Of a stretch of 64,000 bases of DNA, positions 49,832 through 58,310 are shown piece after piece (the first letter of the stretch is position 1; each line of letters begins with the position of its first letter). This DNA comes from Deltaproteobacteria bacterium (GTDB lineage Bacteria; SAR324; NAC60-12). Under the pieces are notes generated by a model. The model saw only the letters and a program-made list of their open reading frames with translations, was not told the DNA's origin and ran no database searches. The position numbers were made by a program, and so were the translations under genes. Location of the stretch: the NCBI GenBank assembly GCA_038150265.1, contig JAYOTF010000004.1:70760-134759 (forward strand). Reading direction: 5' to 3'.

Positions 49832-51025
49832 TCAGCCGAGGGCCACGAGTTGCTCCCGTACCTGCTGGTAGTACCGATTCAGCGTTTGACGAGCGCGTTC
49901 CACCAGGGCCTCCGCCTCTTCGCGCTGATACTGATCATCCGGCTTCCAGTGCCGGGTTTGCAGACGGTAGGGCCGCAGGCCTTCCGTCACATCATGAGGT
50001 CCGCACAGGAGGTCACTGACGTCTGGACGTTCCACCCACTGTTCGCCCATGTTGTGCTCCAGGGCGGCATACCACCGAGCAAAGTGCTGAAGCCGTTCGT
50101 CCTCAAAGTATCCGATCGGCTTCAGCGATTCAATGAGTTTCCGGAGCGCCGGGTTGTGCACGTAGCGGTCGTAATCGACCACATAGAGGCTCTCTGACAG
50201 AAAGAGGGGAGAGCCATGCAGCATCAGGCCCTTGCGCCGCAGGGTGTTGCCACTCTGCACAATTTCAATGCCGACGCTGCCCACTTCCGACTCCAGCACC
50301 GCGTCTTCCACGTCCTCCACCGACACCACCCGCAGGCCCGGATACGCCGCATGGACGATTCCGGTGTAGCGTCCCTTCACAAACACGGGGCGCCCGTGCC
50401 GGGCCAGGGTTTCCAGGCTGACCGGGCTCCGGCCCCGGCCTCCGGGCTTCGAGATGAGGAAGAACCCCACCACGTCCTGAACCTCCTGCTGCAGGGTCGC
50501 ATTGGGACTCGTCAGCATCGCCGACCCCGCAATGCGGATGCCCGTCGGCTTGACCAGGTGGTAGTTGTACATCCCCCATTTGGTCACCATCGTGGGGTCC
50601 CGGAGGTAGTACTGGGTCATGGAAAGCAGCTCGTCCAGCCCCACAATCGTAAAGTCCACCTCGTCCAGGCGAATGAGCGACGAGCCGTTGTGCGGCTCCT
50701 CCCCTTCAATCCGGACGCGGTGCCCGGCGAGGTCCCACTCGTACCCGAGGAAGCCAATCCGGTAGGGACGGCGCGATCGCTTGCGGTCCACAAACACGGA
50801 AAAACACGCCGGCGCCTGGTTCAGGGCCGCTTGCAGGTGTCTGGTCACCTCCTGCAGGTTGGGGCTGCTCAGGGCCTTTCCCTGATCCAGGACGGCTGAA
50901 ATCTGGTCAATTTCCTCCGGAGGGGCCCCCAGTTGCTTGAGTTTGCCAAGAAAGTTGCGCAGCGTTCGTCCGGACCGAGGAACGGCACAGGTTAGGTCAA
51001 AAGAAGGTTCAGGGGTGGAAGTCAC
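49832..51025 (-). CDS. Divergent ATP phosphoribosyltransferase (HisG)-like protein (start GTG 51025 inferred)
   Basis: LTCAVPRSGRTL, DFTIVGLDEL and VEDAV...GIEIVQSGNTLRRKGL...LFLSESLYV resemble HisG motifs in the correct order. Confidence 0.55.
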   Translation of the reverse strand: MTSTPEPSFDLTCAVPRSGRTLRNFLGKLKQLGAPPEEIDQISAVLDQGKALSSPNLQEVTRHLQAALNQAPACFSVFVDRKRSRRPYRIGFLGYEWDLAGHRVRIEGEEPHNGSSLIRLDEVDFTIVGLDELLSMTQYYLRDPTMVTKWGMYNYHLVKPTGIRIAGSAMLTSPNATLQQEVQDVVGFFLISKPGGRGRSPVSLETLARHGRPVFVKGRYTGIVHAAYPGLRVVSVEDVEDAVLESEVGSVGIEIVQSGNTLRRKGLMLHGSPLFLSESLYVVDYDRYVHNPALRKLIESLKPIGYFEDERLQHFARWYAALEHNMGEQWVERPDVSDLLCGPHDVTEGLRPYRLQTRHWKPDDQYQREEAEALVERARQTLNRYYQQVREQLVALG

Positions 51026-51204
51026 AACATCATAACTGGCTTTGAGAAAGACGGGCCCGTCTGGAACACCGTTCCAGTCATGCAATGCGCATGCGCATGC
51101 CGCCTCGTTTCTACAGCTTCCCAAGTTTTGCCTTGCAGGAAAAGCCATGAATTCGCAGAATTGCAAAATTCTCGACTTCCTCGCTGACCCACAGTTCCTT
51201 CGTC

Positions 51205-51921
51205 ATGAAACACGCACTCGCCCTCACCTTGCTGGTTGCCAGCCTGCTGACCTCCGGAAGCGCCGCTGCAGTGGAATTCTTTCCACGCAGCACCGACACC
51301 GCCATTTTGCAGCAGGACGCCTTTCAGATCTACCCGCCGAACCAGCCGGGCAATGGCCTCTACTTTGAGGAAGAGTGGCTGGCCTCCGACCCACGCCGCG
51401 TCATCCTCTCCGCCCAGCTGATCTATGGACTCGAAGGCAAGTTCGTCTACCTCTACCGTGAAAACTCCGGAGCCCTGCGCCTGGATGTCGCCGAGTCTGA
51501 AAACGCCAACACCCTCCGGCTCCGTCCCATCAACGACACCTACTACGAAATCCTGGAAACCGACTCCCGGACCCTGAAGCTCTTCCGGGTCTTCCGTGGA
51601 GAAATTCACCCGCTGCTCGGACGCTCCCGGACCGCAACCGGCCTGGTGCCTTCTGACACACACGCCGTGTTCTACAACATCATCCAGTCCGAGATGGTCA
51701 CGCCTTCAGACGGCTCCGATCCCTTCCGGACCTACACCTTCCGGCTCCACGTGGTGCGGCAAGACACCGAAGGCTACCGCAGCATCCGGGACCTGGAGAT
51801 CACCGATACCCAGGCCAAACTCGACCTGTCCTGGGAAAATGCCACCACCGTCAGCTACGACCTCCGCATGGGAGGCCGGGAGTCTGTTGACCTGAGCCGC
51901 TACCTCCCCAACCTGTTCTGA
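51205..51921 (+). CDS. Hypothetical secreted beta-rich protein
   Basis: Signal peptide MKHALALTLLVASLLTSGSAAA; genome-typical codons. Confidence 0.7.
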   Translation: MKHALALTLLVASLLTSGSAAAVEFFPRSTDTAILQQDAFQIYPPNQPGNGLYFEEEWLASDPRRVILSAQLIYGLEGKFVYLYRENSGALRLDVAESENANTLRLRPINDTYYEILETDSRTLKLFRVFRGEIHPLLGRSRTATGLVPSDTHAVFYNIIQSEMVTPSDGSDPFRTYTFRLHVVRQDTEGYRSIRDLEITDTQAKLDLSWENATTVSYDLRMGGRESVDLSRYLPNLF

Positions 51922-51923
51922 CG

Positions 51924-52592
51924 ATGCCCAAGCCCATTGAATGTGTGCTGTTTGACATGGATGGCCTCCTGTTGGACACCGAGAGCTTCTACACCGAGGT
52001 GACCCAGCAGATCGCCTCTCAGTATGGCAAGGTCTTCGACTGGACCCTCAAGTCCCGGGTCATTGGACGCAAGGCGCTGGAGTCTGCCGAGATGATCGTC
52101 ACCGAGCTGGAGCTGCCCATCACGGCTCAGGAGTACCTCGACCGGCGCAATGGCACCCTCGAGGAGATGTTTGCCCGCGTGGAACCGCTTCCGGGGGCTC
52201 CGGAGCTCACCGGACACCTGCGCCGTCACGGCGTCAAGCAAGCCGTGGCCACCAGCTCCGTGAAGCGCCTCTTCCACCTGAAGACCGAACGGCACCAGCA
52301 GTGGTTTCAGGACTTCGACCTCGTTGTGAACGGAGACGACCCGGAGATCAAGCAGGGGAAGCCGGCTCCAGACATCTTCCTCCTGGCCGCCCAGCGCCTC
52401 GGGGTGCCTCCGGAGCGGTGCCTGGTCTTTGAAGATGCCCCCTCTGGCATGAAGGCCGCCCGGGCCGCCGGCATGTCCGTGATCGTGGTGCCCGACCCGC
52501 AGATGGACCGGACGCCGTATGATGACGCGGATGAAATCCTTGACTCCCTGAACGACTTCGACCCTGCCCCGTGGAACCTCCCCGCGCGCTGA
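51924..52592 (+). CDS. HAD-IA hydrolase (HDHD1/pseudouridine-5'-phosphatase/GPP-like)
   Basis: FDMDGLLLDTE, VATSS, GKPAPDIFL, VFEDAPSG. Confidence 0.88.
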   Translation: MPKPIECVLFDMDGLLLDTESFYTEVTQQIASQYGKVFDWTLKSRVIGRKALESAEMIVTELELPITAQEYLDRRNGTLEEMFARVEPLPGAPELTGHLRRHGVKQAVATSSVKRLFHLKTERHQQWFQDFDLVVNGDDPEIKQGKPAPDIFLLAAQRLGVPPERCLVFEDAPSGMKAARAAGMSVIVVPDPQMDRTPYDDADEILDSLNDFDPAPWNLPAR

Positions 52593-54688
52593 CCGACTCC
52601 TCCCTGCTCCCGGCACCTGAGTACTCCGGCGGCCTGACGCTCCACGGAGCGCTGCAGCCGGAGCCGTCCCTTTCGTTTCTTCCGTTCCTGCTCGACCACT
52701 TCACCCGCCAGACGCTCAGCCCAGCCTTTGTGCACCAGGCCCTTGGACTGGTTCAAAGCAGCGGGGTCACCGGAGACACACGGGACGCCCTCCTCCTGAC
52801 AGCGGCTCTGCTGGAGGTTCGACAGGCGGTGGAGCAGGGAAGCTCCGGGGTGCCCCTCACGGACTTCTGCGAGCGCTGGAGCCAGCAGCTTCCTGCCCAG
52901 TGGGGAGCGGTTTCGCCAGAAGACGTGCACGCCACATTGCAGGCGCACCCGCGGCTCATCGGCCCTCCGGAGGCGACCACCCCGCTGGTGCAGGCCTTTG
53001 GTCTGCTGTTTCAGCACCGGAGCCACCACCAGGAGCGCGCGCTTGCCGAGGCCCTGCAGGAACGCCAGCAGCTCCAAGCGGTTCTCCCTGCGGCGGCTGA
53101 AGTCCGGCACGCCTGGGAAGACGTCCGCCACACGCATCCCCTGCGCCATGAGGGGCAGCCACTCGCCCTGGCCCCAGAGCAGCAGCTGGCCAGCCTGCTT
53201 GCCCTGACGGCTCCAACGCTGCTCATCTCCGGAGGTCCCGGGACAGGAAAGACGTCGGTGGTCACAACCGTCCTTCGCCTCATGGCTCGGCTGGCTCCAC
53301 AGCCCCTCAAGCCCGTGCTGGGCGCCCCAACGGGTCGGGCGGCTCGGCGCCTGCTCGAATCCCTCCGGGCTGGGCTGGGCTCTCTGGAGGCGCCTCCGGA
53401 AGTGGACCGCGCCCTTGGAGAAAGCCTGAAGCAGTCACAGACGCTGCATGGCCTGCTGGGCTACTCCCCGCGCCTGCGGCAGTTTCATCGCCATGCCCTC
53501 AATCCTCTGACCGCAGACGTGATCATCATTGATGAAGCGTCCATGATTGACCTGGAGTTGATGACCCACCTCTTCCAGGCCACCCAGTCACGCATCCCCG
53601 GAATGCCGTCGGTGCCCCGGGTGATCCTGCTCGGCGACCCCGGGCAGCTTCCGGCCGTGGGCACCGGAGCCGCCTTTCTCAACCTGCTGTCCGAGCCGGA
53701 CTTCTGGGTGGCGCAGCACACCTCGTGGCTGCACCAGGTGCTTCCGGAAGACGCGCGCCCGGCGCCCCCAGCGCCTCCTTCCCGTCCCCGGACCTTCCTC
53801 CCGACGGTGGAGCTGCGCCAGAGCTTCCGGCAGCAGGCCGGCGGTGGTGGCGGCGCGATCCTCGACCTCGCAAGCGCGATCCGGAACCCGGATGCTGTGA
53901 CGCCCGAAGCGTTCCGGGAGCGCATGCCTGAGCTGGGCTCGCTTGAGGCCTGGGGAGCTTCTGGAGTGGCCCTTCACCTGCGTCCGCGCCGTCCTCGGGC
54001 ACATGACGCCCTGCTGCAAACGTGGCTGGACCGCTTTCACCGCAGCGACCGCCTCCGGAAGTTGCGCGAGGAGGTGTTTACCGAAGACGACCTCCACACC
54101 AACAAGGCGTGGTGGGATGACACCTTTGCCGAGCTGCACCACACCCGGCTCCTGACCCTCACTCGCGTGCTGCCCTCTGGCACCCATTCCCTGAACGACC
54201 GCATCCGGCAGCTGCTCGGGGTCCAGGCCCCCGGTGTCTTCCCCGGTGCCCCGATCATTGCCACCCAAAACAGCCACGAGCGCCAGATCTTCAACGGGGA
54301 TCAGGGGGTGTGCCTGAAGATCCGGGAGTCTCCAGAAAAAGCCCCTGTCCACAAACTGGTTTTTCCTGTTGATGACGGCTACCAGACGTTTTATGATCAT
54401 GAGCTTCGGAACCTGGAGCTCGCGTATGCCATCACCGTTCACAAGAGTCAGGGCTCCGAATACCGCCATGTGGCCCTCATCCTTCCGGACTCAGAGGATC
54501 TGCAGCGCACGACGGTCTCTAGCCTGGTCTCTCGGGAAATGGTCTACACCGCGGTCACCCGGGCCAAGCAATCGGTCCTGCTCTCCGGAACATGGGAGGT
54601 CTGGCAACAGGCCGTACAGCAAACCCAGCATCGGCACTCCGGGCTTCCGCACTGGTTGCATCCGGACGCCTCATTTCCCCAACCCTAA
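52571..54688 (+). CDS. recD: Exodeoxyribonuclease V alpha subunit (RecD helicase)
   Basis: ISGGPGTGKTS, APTGRAARRL, TLHGLLG, IIDEASMID, LGDPGQLPAV, FNGDQG, AYAITVHKSQGSEY, YTAVTRAK. Confidence 0.88.
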   Translation: MEPPRALTDSSLLPAPEYSGGLTLHGALQPEPSLSFLPFLLDHFTRQTLSPAFVHQALGLVQSSGVTGDTRDALLLTAALLEVRQAVEQGSSGVPLTDFCERWSQQLPAQWGAVSPEDVHATLQAHPRLIGPPEATTPLVQAFGLLFQHRSHHQERALAEALQERQQLQAVLPAAAEVRHAWEDVRHTHPLRHEGQPLALAPEQQLASLLALTAPTLLISGGPGTGKTSVVTTVLRLMARLAPQPLKPVLGAPTGRAARRLLESLRAGLGSLEAPPEVDRALGESLKQSQTLHGLLGYSPRLRQFHRHALNPLTADVIIIDEASMIDLELMTHLFQATQSRIPGMPSVPRVILLGDPGQLPAVGTGAAFLNLLSEPDFWVAQHTSWLHQVLPEDARPAPPAPPSRPRTFLPTVELRQSFRQQAGGGGGAILDLASAIRNPDAVTPEAFRERMPELGSLEAWGASGVALHLRPRRPRAHDALLQTWLDRFHRSDRLRKLREEVFTEDDLHTNKAWWDDTFAELHHTRLLTLTRVLPSGTHSLNDRIRQLLGVQAPGVFPGAPIIATQNSHERQIFNGDQGVCLKIRESPEKAPVHKLVFPVDDGYQTFYDHELRNLELAYAITVHKSQGSEYRHVALILPDSEDLQRTTVSSLVSREMVYTAVTRAKQSVLLSGTWEVWQQAVQQTQHRHSGLPHWLHPDASFPQP

Positions 54689-54695
54689 GGAGTCC

Positions 54696-56045
54696 ATGCC
54701 CTGCTTGCCCGTTCGGGTCGTTTCTTCTCGGTGGCTTGCCGTTGCAGGAGGGGTGCTGTGTGGACTCCTCCTGGCGGCCCAAGTGGCCTCGGCTCAGAGC
54801 ACCCCGCTGCTCAGTGCCATTTGGGAAGGCAATCAGGACCGGCTGGAACGCCTGCTCAAGGCTCAATCAGACCCGAATGCCCAGGATGAGTCTGGCCGGA
54901 CTCCGCTGATGCTGGCCACAACCCTGGGCGAAGCCCGGATGTGCCAGCTGCTGCTGGATCAAGGAGCCGATCCGGAGATTCGGGACAACCTGGGCAGCAC
55001 GGCGCTCACCATGGCGATCCGGCAGGGGGACCTCGAAATGGTTCGGCTGCTGCTCAATGGACAAGCCAGCCTGGAGTCTCGCCTGGATGATGGCTCCACG
55101 CCGCTGATTTATGCCTCCCTTGAAGGCCAGACCACCATCGTCCGGCTGCTGCTGGATCGAGATGCCGACGTCAATGCCCAAACCCGGAACGGCGAAACCG
55201 CGCTCATTGTTGCCGCCTTTGAAGGCCACCTGAGCATCATCCGCATGCTGCTGGATGCCGGAGCCCCGGTGGGCGACCAAAACAACGAAGGCTTCACGCC
55301 CGTCCTGGCTGCGGCCAGCAACGGCTACACCGACGCGGTCAACTACCTCATCCTCCGGGGCGCCAACCCCGACAGCGGTCAGCTCAGCCGCCTCACTCCG
55401 GAAGACCTCTTTGACAGCCGCCGAGAGGAAGTGGAGCCCCTGACGTTTGAGACCTTTGACAGCCCTCAGCAACTCTACCAGCTCATCAGCGCGTCCATTG
55501 AGGGACGCCTCAGCAAGGTCAACCAGCTGCTCAAGTCGGGGGCCCAGCCCAACCAGCGCGACGAAGCCGGGCGGACCGCCCTCATGGAAGCCAGCGCCTT
55601 TGGCCGCTACAACGTCGTCCGGCGCCTCATTGAAGCCGGAGCCGAGGTCAATGCCCAGGACAACCAGGGCATCACGCCCCTGATGCTGGCCACCCTGGAA
55701 GGCCGGGACCGCATTGTGGAGCTGCTGCTGGAAAAGGGAGCCGAGGTCAACACGGGAGACGGCGAAGGCGTGACCGCCCTCATGCTGGCTGGAGACGAAG
55801 GCCGCACCTTCATTGCCTCCCGGCTGCTGGAACAGGGCGCCCAGATCAATGCCCAGAACGTCAGCGGCAGCACCGCCCTCATTGAGGCCACACGCGAGGG
55901 ACGTTCCGACACCGTGGAGCTGCTGCTGCGGAAAGGCGCTGATGCGAGCATCCGGGACCAGTTTGGACGCTCCGCGCTTTCTGAGGCTGAAAACGAGGGA
56001 CACGAGGACATCATTCGGCTCCTGAAGAAGGCGCTCAAACCGTAA
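54696..56045 (+). CDS. Secreted ankyrin-repeat protein (two blocks of repeats)
   Basis: AAGGAG RBS; signal peptide; about 12 G-x-T-(P/A)-L-x-x-A...LL..GA..N repeats. Confidence 0.9.
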   Translation: MPCLPVRVVSSRWLAVAGGVLCGLLLAAQVASAQSTPLLSAIWEGNQDRLERLLKAQSDPNAQDESGRTPLMLATTLGEARMCQLLLDQGADPEIRDNLGSTALTMAIRQGDLEMVRLLLNGQASLESRLDDGSTPLIYASLEGQTTIVRLLLDRDADVNAQTRNGETALIVAAFEGHLSIIRMLLDAGAPVGDQNNEGFTPVLAAASNGYTDAVNYLILRGANPDSGQLSRLTPEDLFDSRREEVEPLTFETFDSPQQLYQLISASIEGRLSKVNQLLKSGAQPNQRDEAGRTALMEASAFGRYNVVRRLIEAGAEVNAQDNQGITPLMLATLEGRDRIVELLLEKGAEVNTGDGEGVTALMLAGDEGRTFIASRLLEQGAQINAQNVSGSTALIEATREGRSDTVELLLRKGADASIRDQFGRSALSEAENEGHEDIIRLLKKALKP

Positions 56046-56114
56046 TCCCAACCGTCCCTTCCATTTCCCAACCGGGGATGGGCCTGTGGCCTTCCCCCTT
56101 CCTGCAATTGCCTG

Positions 56115-57374
56115 ATGCTCAGCCCAACGGTTACGCCCACCGAAACCGGCTTTTATGGCCCCTACGGAGGCATGTTCATCCCCGAAATTCTGCGCTCGAC
56201 CTTTGATGAACTGATTGACGCCTTCCAGAAGGCCAAGGCCGACCCCCAGTTTTGGCGAGACTACGTGGCGTTGATGCAGAGCTACTCCTGCCGTCCCACT
56301 CCGGTGACGCCGCTCAACAACCTCTCCGAGTACTTTGGGGGACGGGTGAAGCTCCTGTGCAAACGGGAGGACCTCAACCAGACCGGCGCCCACAAGGCCA
56401 ACAACGTGATGGGACAGGGCCTGCTGGTGCAGCGCATGGGCAAGCGACGCGTCATTGCCGAAACCGGAGCCGGACAGCACGGGGTCGCCACGGCAACAAT
56501 GGCCGCCCGGCTGGGGCTCGAATGCACCATCTACATGGGCGCCACGGATGTGGAACGCCAGCGGCCCAACGTCTTCTGGATGGAACAGCTGGGGGCCACG
56601 GTGGTCGGAGTCACCGAAGGCACCGCCACGCTCAAGGACGCCATCAATGCCGCCATGCGCGACTGGACCGAGAGCATGGAAGACACCCATTACGTCCTCG
56701 GCACCGTCTGTGGCCCGCACCCCTTCCCGGAAATGGTGTCGTGGTTCCAGTCCATCATTGGACATGAAGCCCGCGATCAGGTCCGGGCGCTCACGGGGCA
56801 CCTGCCCGATCACATCTACGCCTGTGTCGGAGGAGGCTCCAATGCGTCCGGAATCTTCCTGCCGTTTGTCGATGACCGGGGGGTGGAGCTGGTGGGCGTG
56901 GAAGCCGGCGGACACGGCATCGAAAGCGGAGAGCACGCGGCTCGGCTTTCCGGAGGCACCGTGGGCATCGCCCAGGGCTACAAGACCTACTTCCTGCAAG
57001 ACGAGGAAGGCCAGATGCGGCACACGCACTCCATCTCCGCCGGCCTGGATTATGTCGGCATCAGCCCCATTCTGAGCTACCTGGCCGACACCGGCCGGGT
57101 CCGCTTTACGGCCGCGCCAGACGAGGCCGTGGTGGAAGCCGCCAAGCTCCTCATCCGCAAGGAGGGCATCATCCCCGCTTTGGAAAGCAGCCATGCCCTG
57201 GCCGCCATTTTGGATGAGCTGACGGACCTTCCGCAGGGGGATTCCGTTCTCTTCAACCTGTCCGGACGTGGCGACAAGGACATCTTCAACATTGCTGAAG
57301 CCATTGGAGATGAGAAGTGGAAGGAGTTCATCCGCCAAAAAGCCGCCCAACTCGACACCTCCTCTCACGCCTGA
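56115..57374 (+). CDS. trpB: Tryptophan synthase beta chain
   Basis: KREDLNQTGAHKANN, AETGAGQHG, CVGGGSNA, SISAGLDY, ALESSHA, LSGRGDKD. Confidence 0.97.
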   Translation: MLSPTVTPTETGFYGPYGGMFIPEILRSTFDELIDAFQKAKADPQFWRDYVALMQSYSCRPTPVTPLNNLSEYFGGRVKLLCKREDLNQTGAHKANNVMGQGLLVQRMGKRRVIAETGAGQHGVATATMAARLGLECTIYMGATDVERQRPNVFWMEQLGATVVGVTEGTATLKDAINAAMRDWTESMEDTHYVLGTVCGPHPFPEMVSWFQSIIGHEARDQVRALTGHLPDHIYACVGGGSNASGIFLPFVDDRGVELVGVEAGGHGIESGEHAARLSGGTVGIAQGYKTYFLQDEEGQMRHTHSISAGLDYVGISPILSYLADTGRVRFTAAPDEAVVEAAKLLIRKEGIIPALESSHALAAILDELTDLPQGDSVLFNLSGRGDKDIFNIAEAIGDEKWKEFIRQKAAQLDTSSHA

Positions 57375-57377
57375 ATC

Positions 57378-58166
57378 ATGAACCTGCAAAACTACCTGCA
57401 TCACCGCAAGCAAGAACGGGGGGTCCTCCTCATGACCCACGCCATTGTGGGCTACCCCTCGCTGGACGACAACTGGCGCATGCTGGAGATCATGCAGGAA
57501 GTCGGAGTGGACCTGGTGGAGCTGCAGATGCCGTTCAGCGAGCCCATTGCAGACGGTCCGCTGTTTGTTCAGGCCAATGAGCAGGCCCTGCGCAGCGGCA
57601 TTCGCACCCAGGACTACTTTGAGCTGATGAAGCAGGCGTCGGAGGCGTTTGACTTTCCACTCCTGATGATGGGGTACGCCAACACCGCCTACGCCATGGG
57701 CTACGAAACCTTCACCCGCCGGCTTGCTGAAAGTGGGGGGGTGGGGTACATCATTCCGGACCTGCCCTTTGAGGAGTTTGAAGACCTCACCTCGCTCAGC
57801 GGCCAACGCGAGTTGCACCCCATCCTCATCTGCACGCCCACCAACACCGAACAGCGGCTGCAGGAGATCTGTGAACACGGGGCCGGGATGCTGTACTGCG
57901 TCGCCCGCAAAGGCGTCACCGGAAAATCGACCCAGCTCGACTCCTCGGTCACCCACTTCCTCGACCGCTGCCGCAAGCACACCCCCCTTCCGCTTGGGCT
58001 CGGCTTTGGGCTCTCCACGGCTGATGACATCCGCCAGCTTCATGGACATGCAGACCTGGCCATCGTCGGATCCGCCCTCCTGCGCTCCTGGGAACAGGGT
58101 GGCGAAACCGCCTACCGCGAGCACCTGGAATCCCTCATCTCCGCCTGCCAGTCGACGCACCCCTGA
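57378..58166 (+). CDS. trpA: Tryptophan synthase alpha chain
   Basis: ELQMPFSEPIADGP, IIPDLP, GVTG, GFG, IVGSA. Confidence 0.95.
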   Translation: MNLQNYLHHRKQERGVLLMTHAIVGYPSLDDNWRMLEIMQEVGVDLVELQMPFSEPIADGPLFVQANEQALRSGIRTQDYFELMKQASEAFDFPLLMMGYANTAYAMGYETFTRRLAESGGVGYIIPDLPFEEFEDLTSLSGQRELHPILICTPTNTEQRLQEICEHGAGMLYCVARKGVTGKSTQLDSSVTHFLDRCRKHTPLPLGLGFGLSTADDIRQLHGHADLAIVGSALLRSWEQGGETAYREHLESLISACQSTHP

Positions 58167-58172
58167 AAATTT

Positions 58173-58197
58173 CCGAAAACCCCGCTTTTCGGTTGTT
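58173..58197 (+). terminator. Intrinsic terminator after trpA
   Basis: CCGAAAA-ccccgc-TTTTCGG followed by TTGTT. Confidence 0.5.
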
Positions 58198-58310
58198 GCC
58201 CGCCCGCATAACGCGTATCCTTAAAAGGATTAATTTTTGCTGGCTTTTTGAATCAGAAATGAAAATCATTTCCTGATTCTCTCATTTCTTGATTTCCCTG
58301 AGACTCCACC

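Noticed and set aside
54867..58160. 1097-aa minus-strand ORF and other long antisense ORFs (e.g. 16181-17788, 23503-25071, 48319-49818)
   Set aside because: They lie opposite well-supported genes (ankyrin/trpBA, oppA, iorB, FGE protein), as is typical of GC-rich shadow frames.
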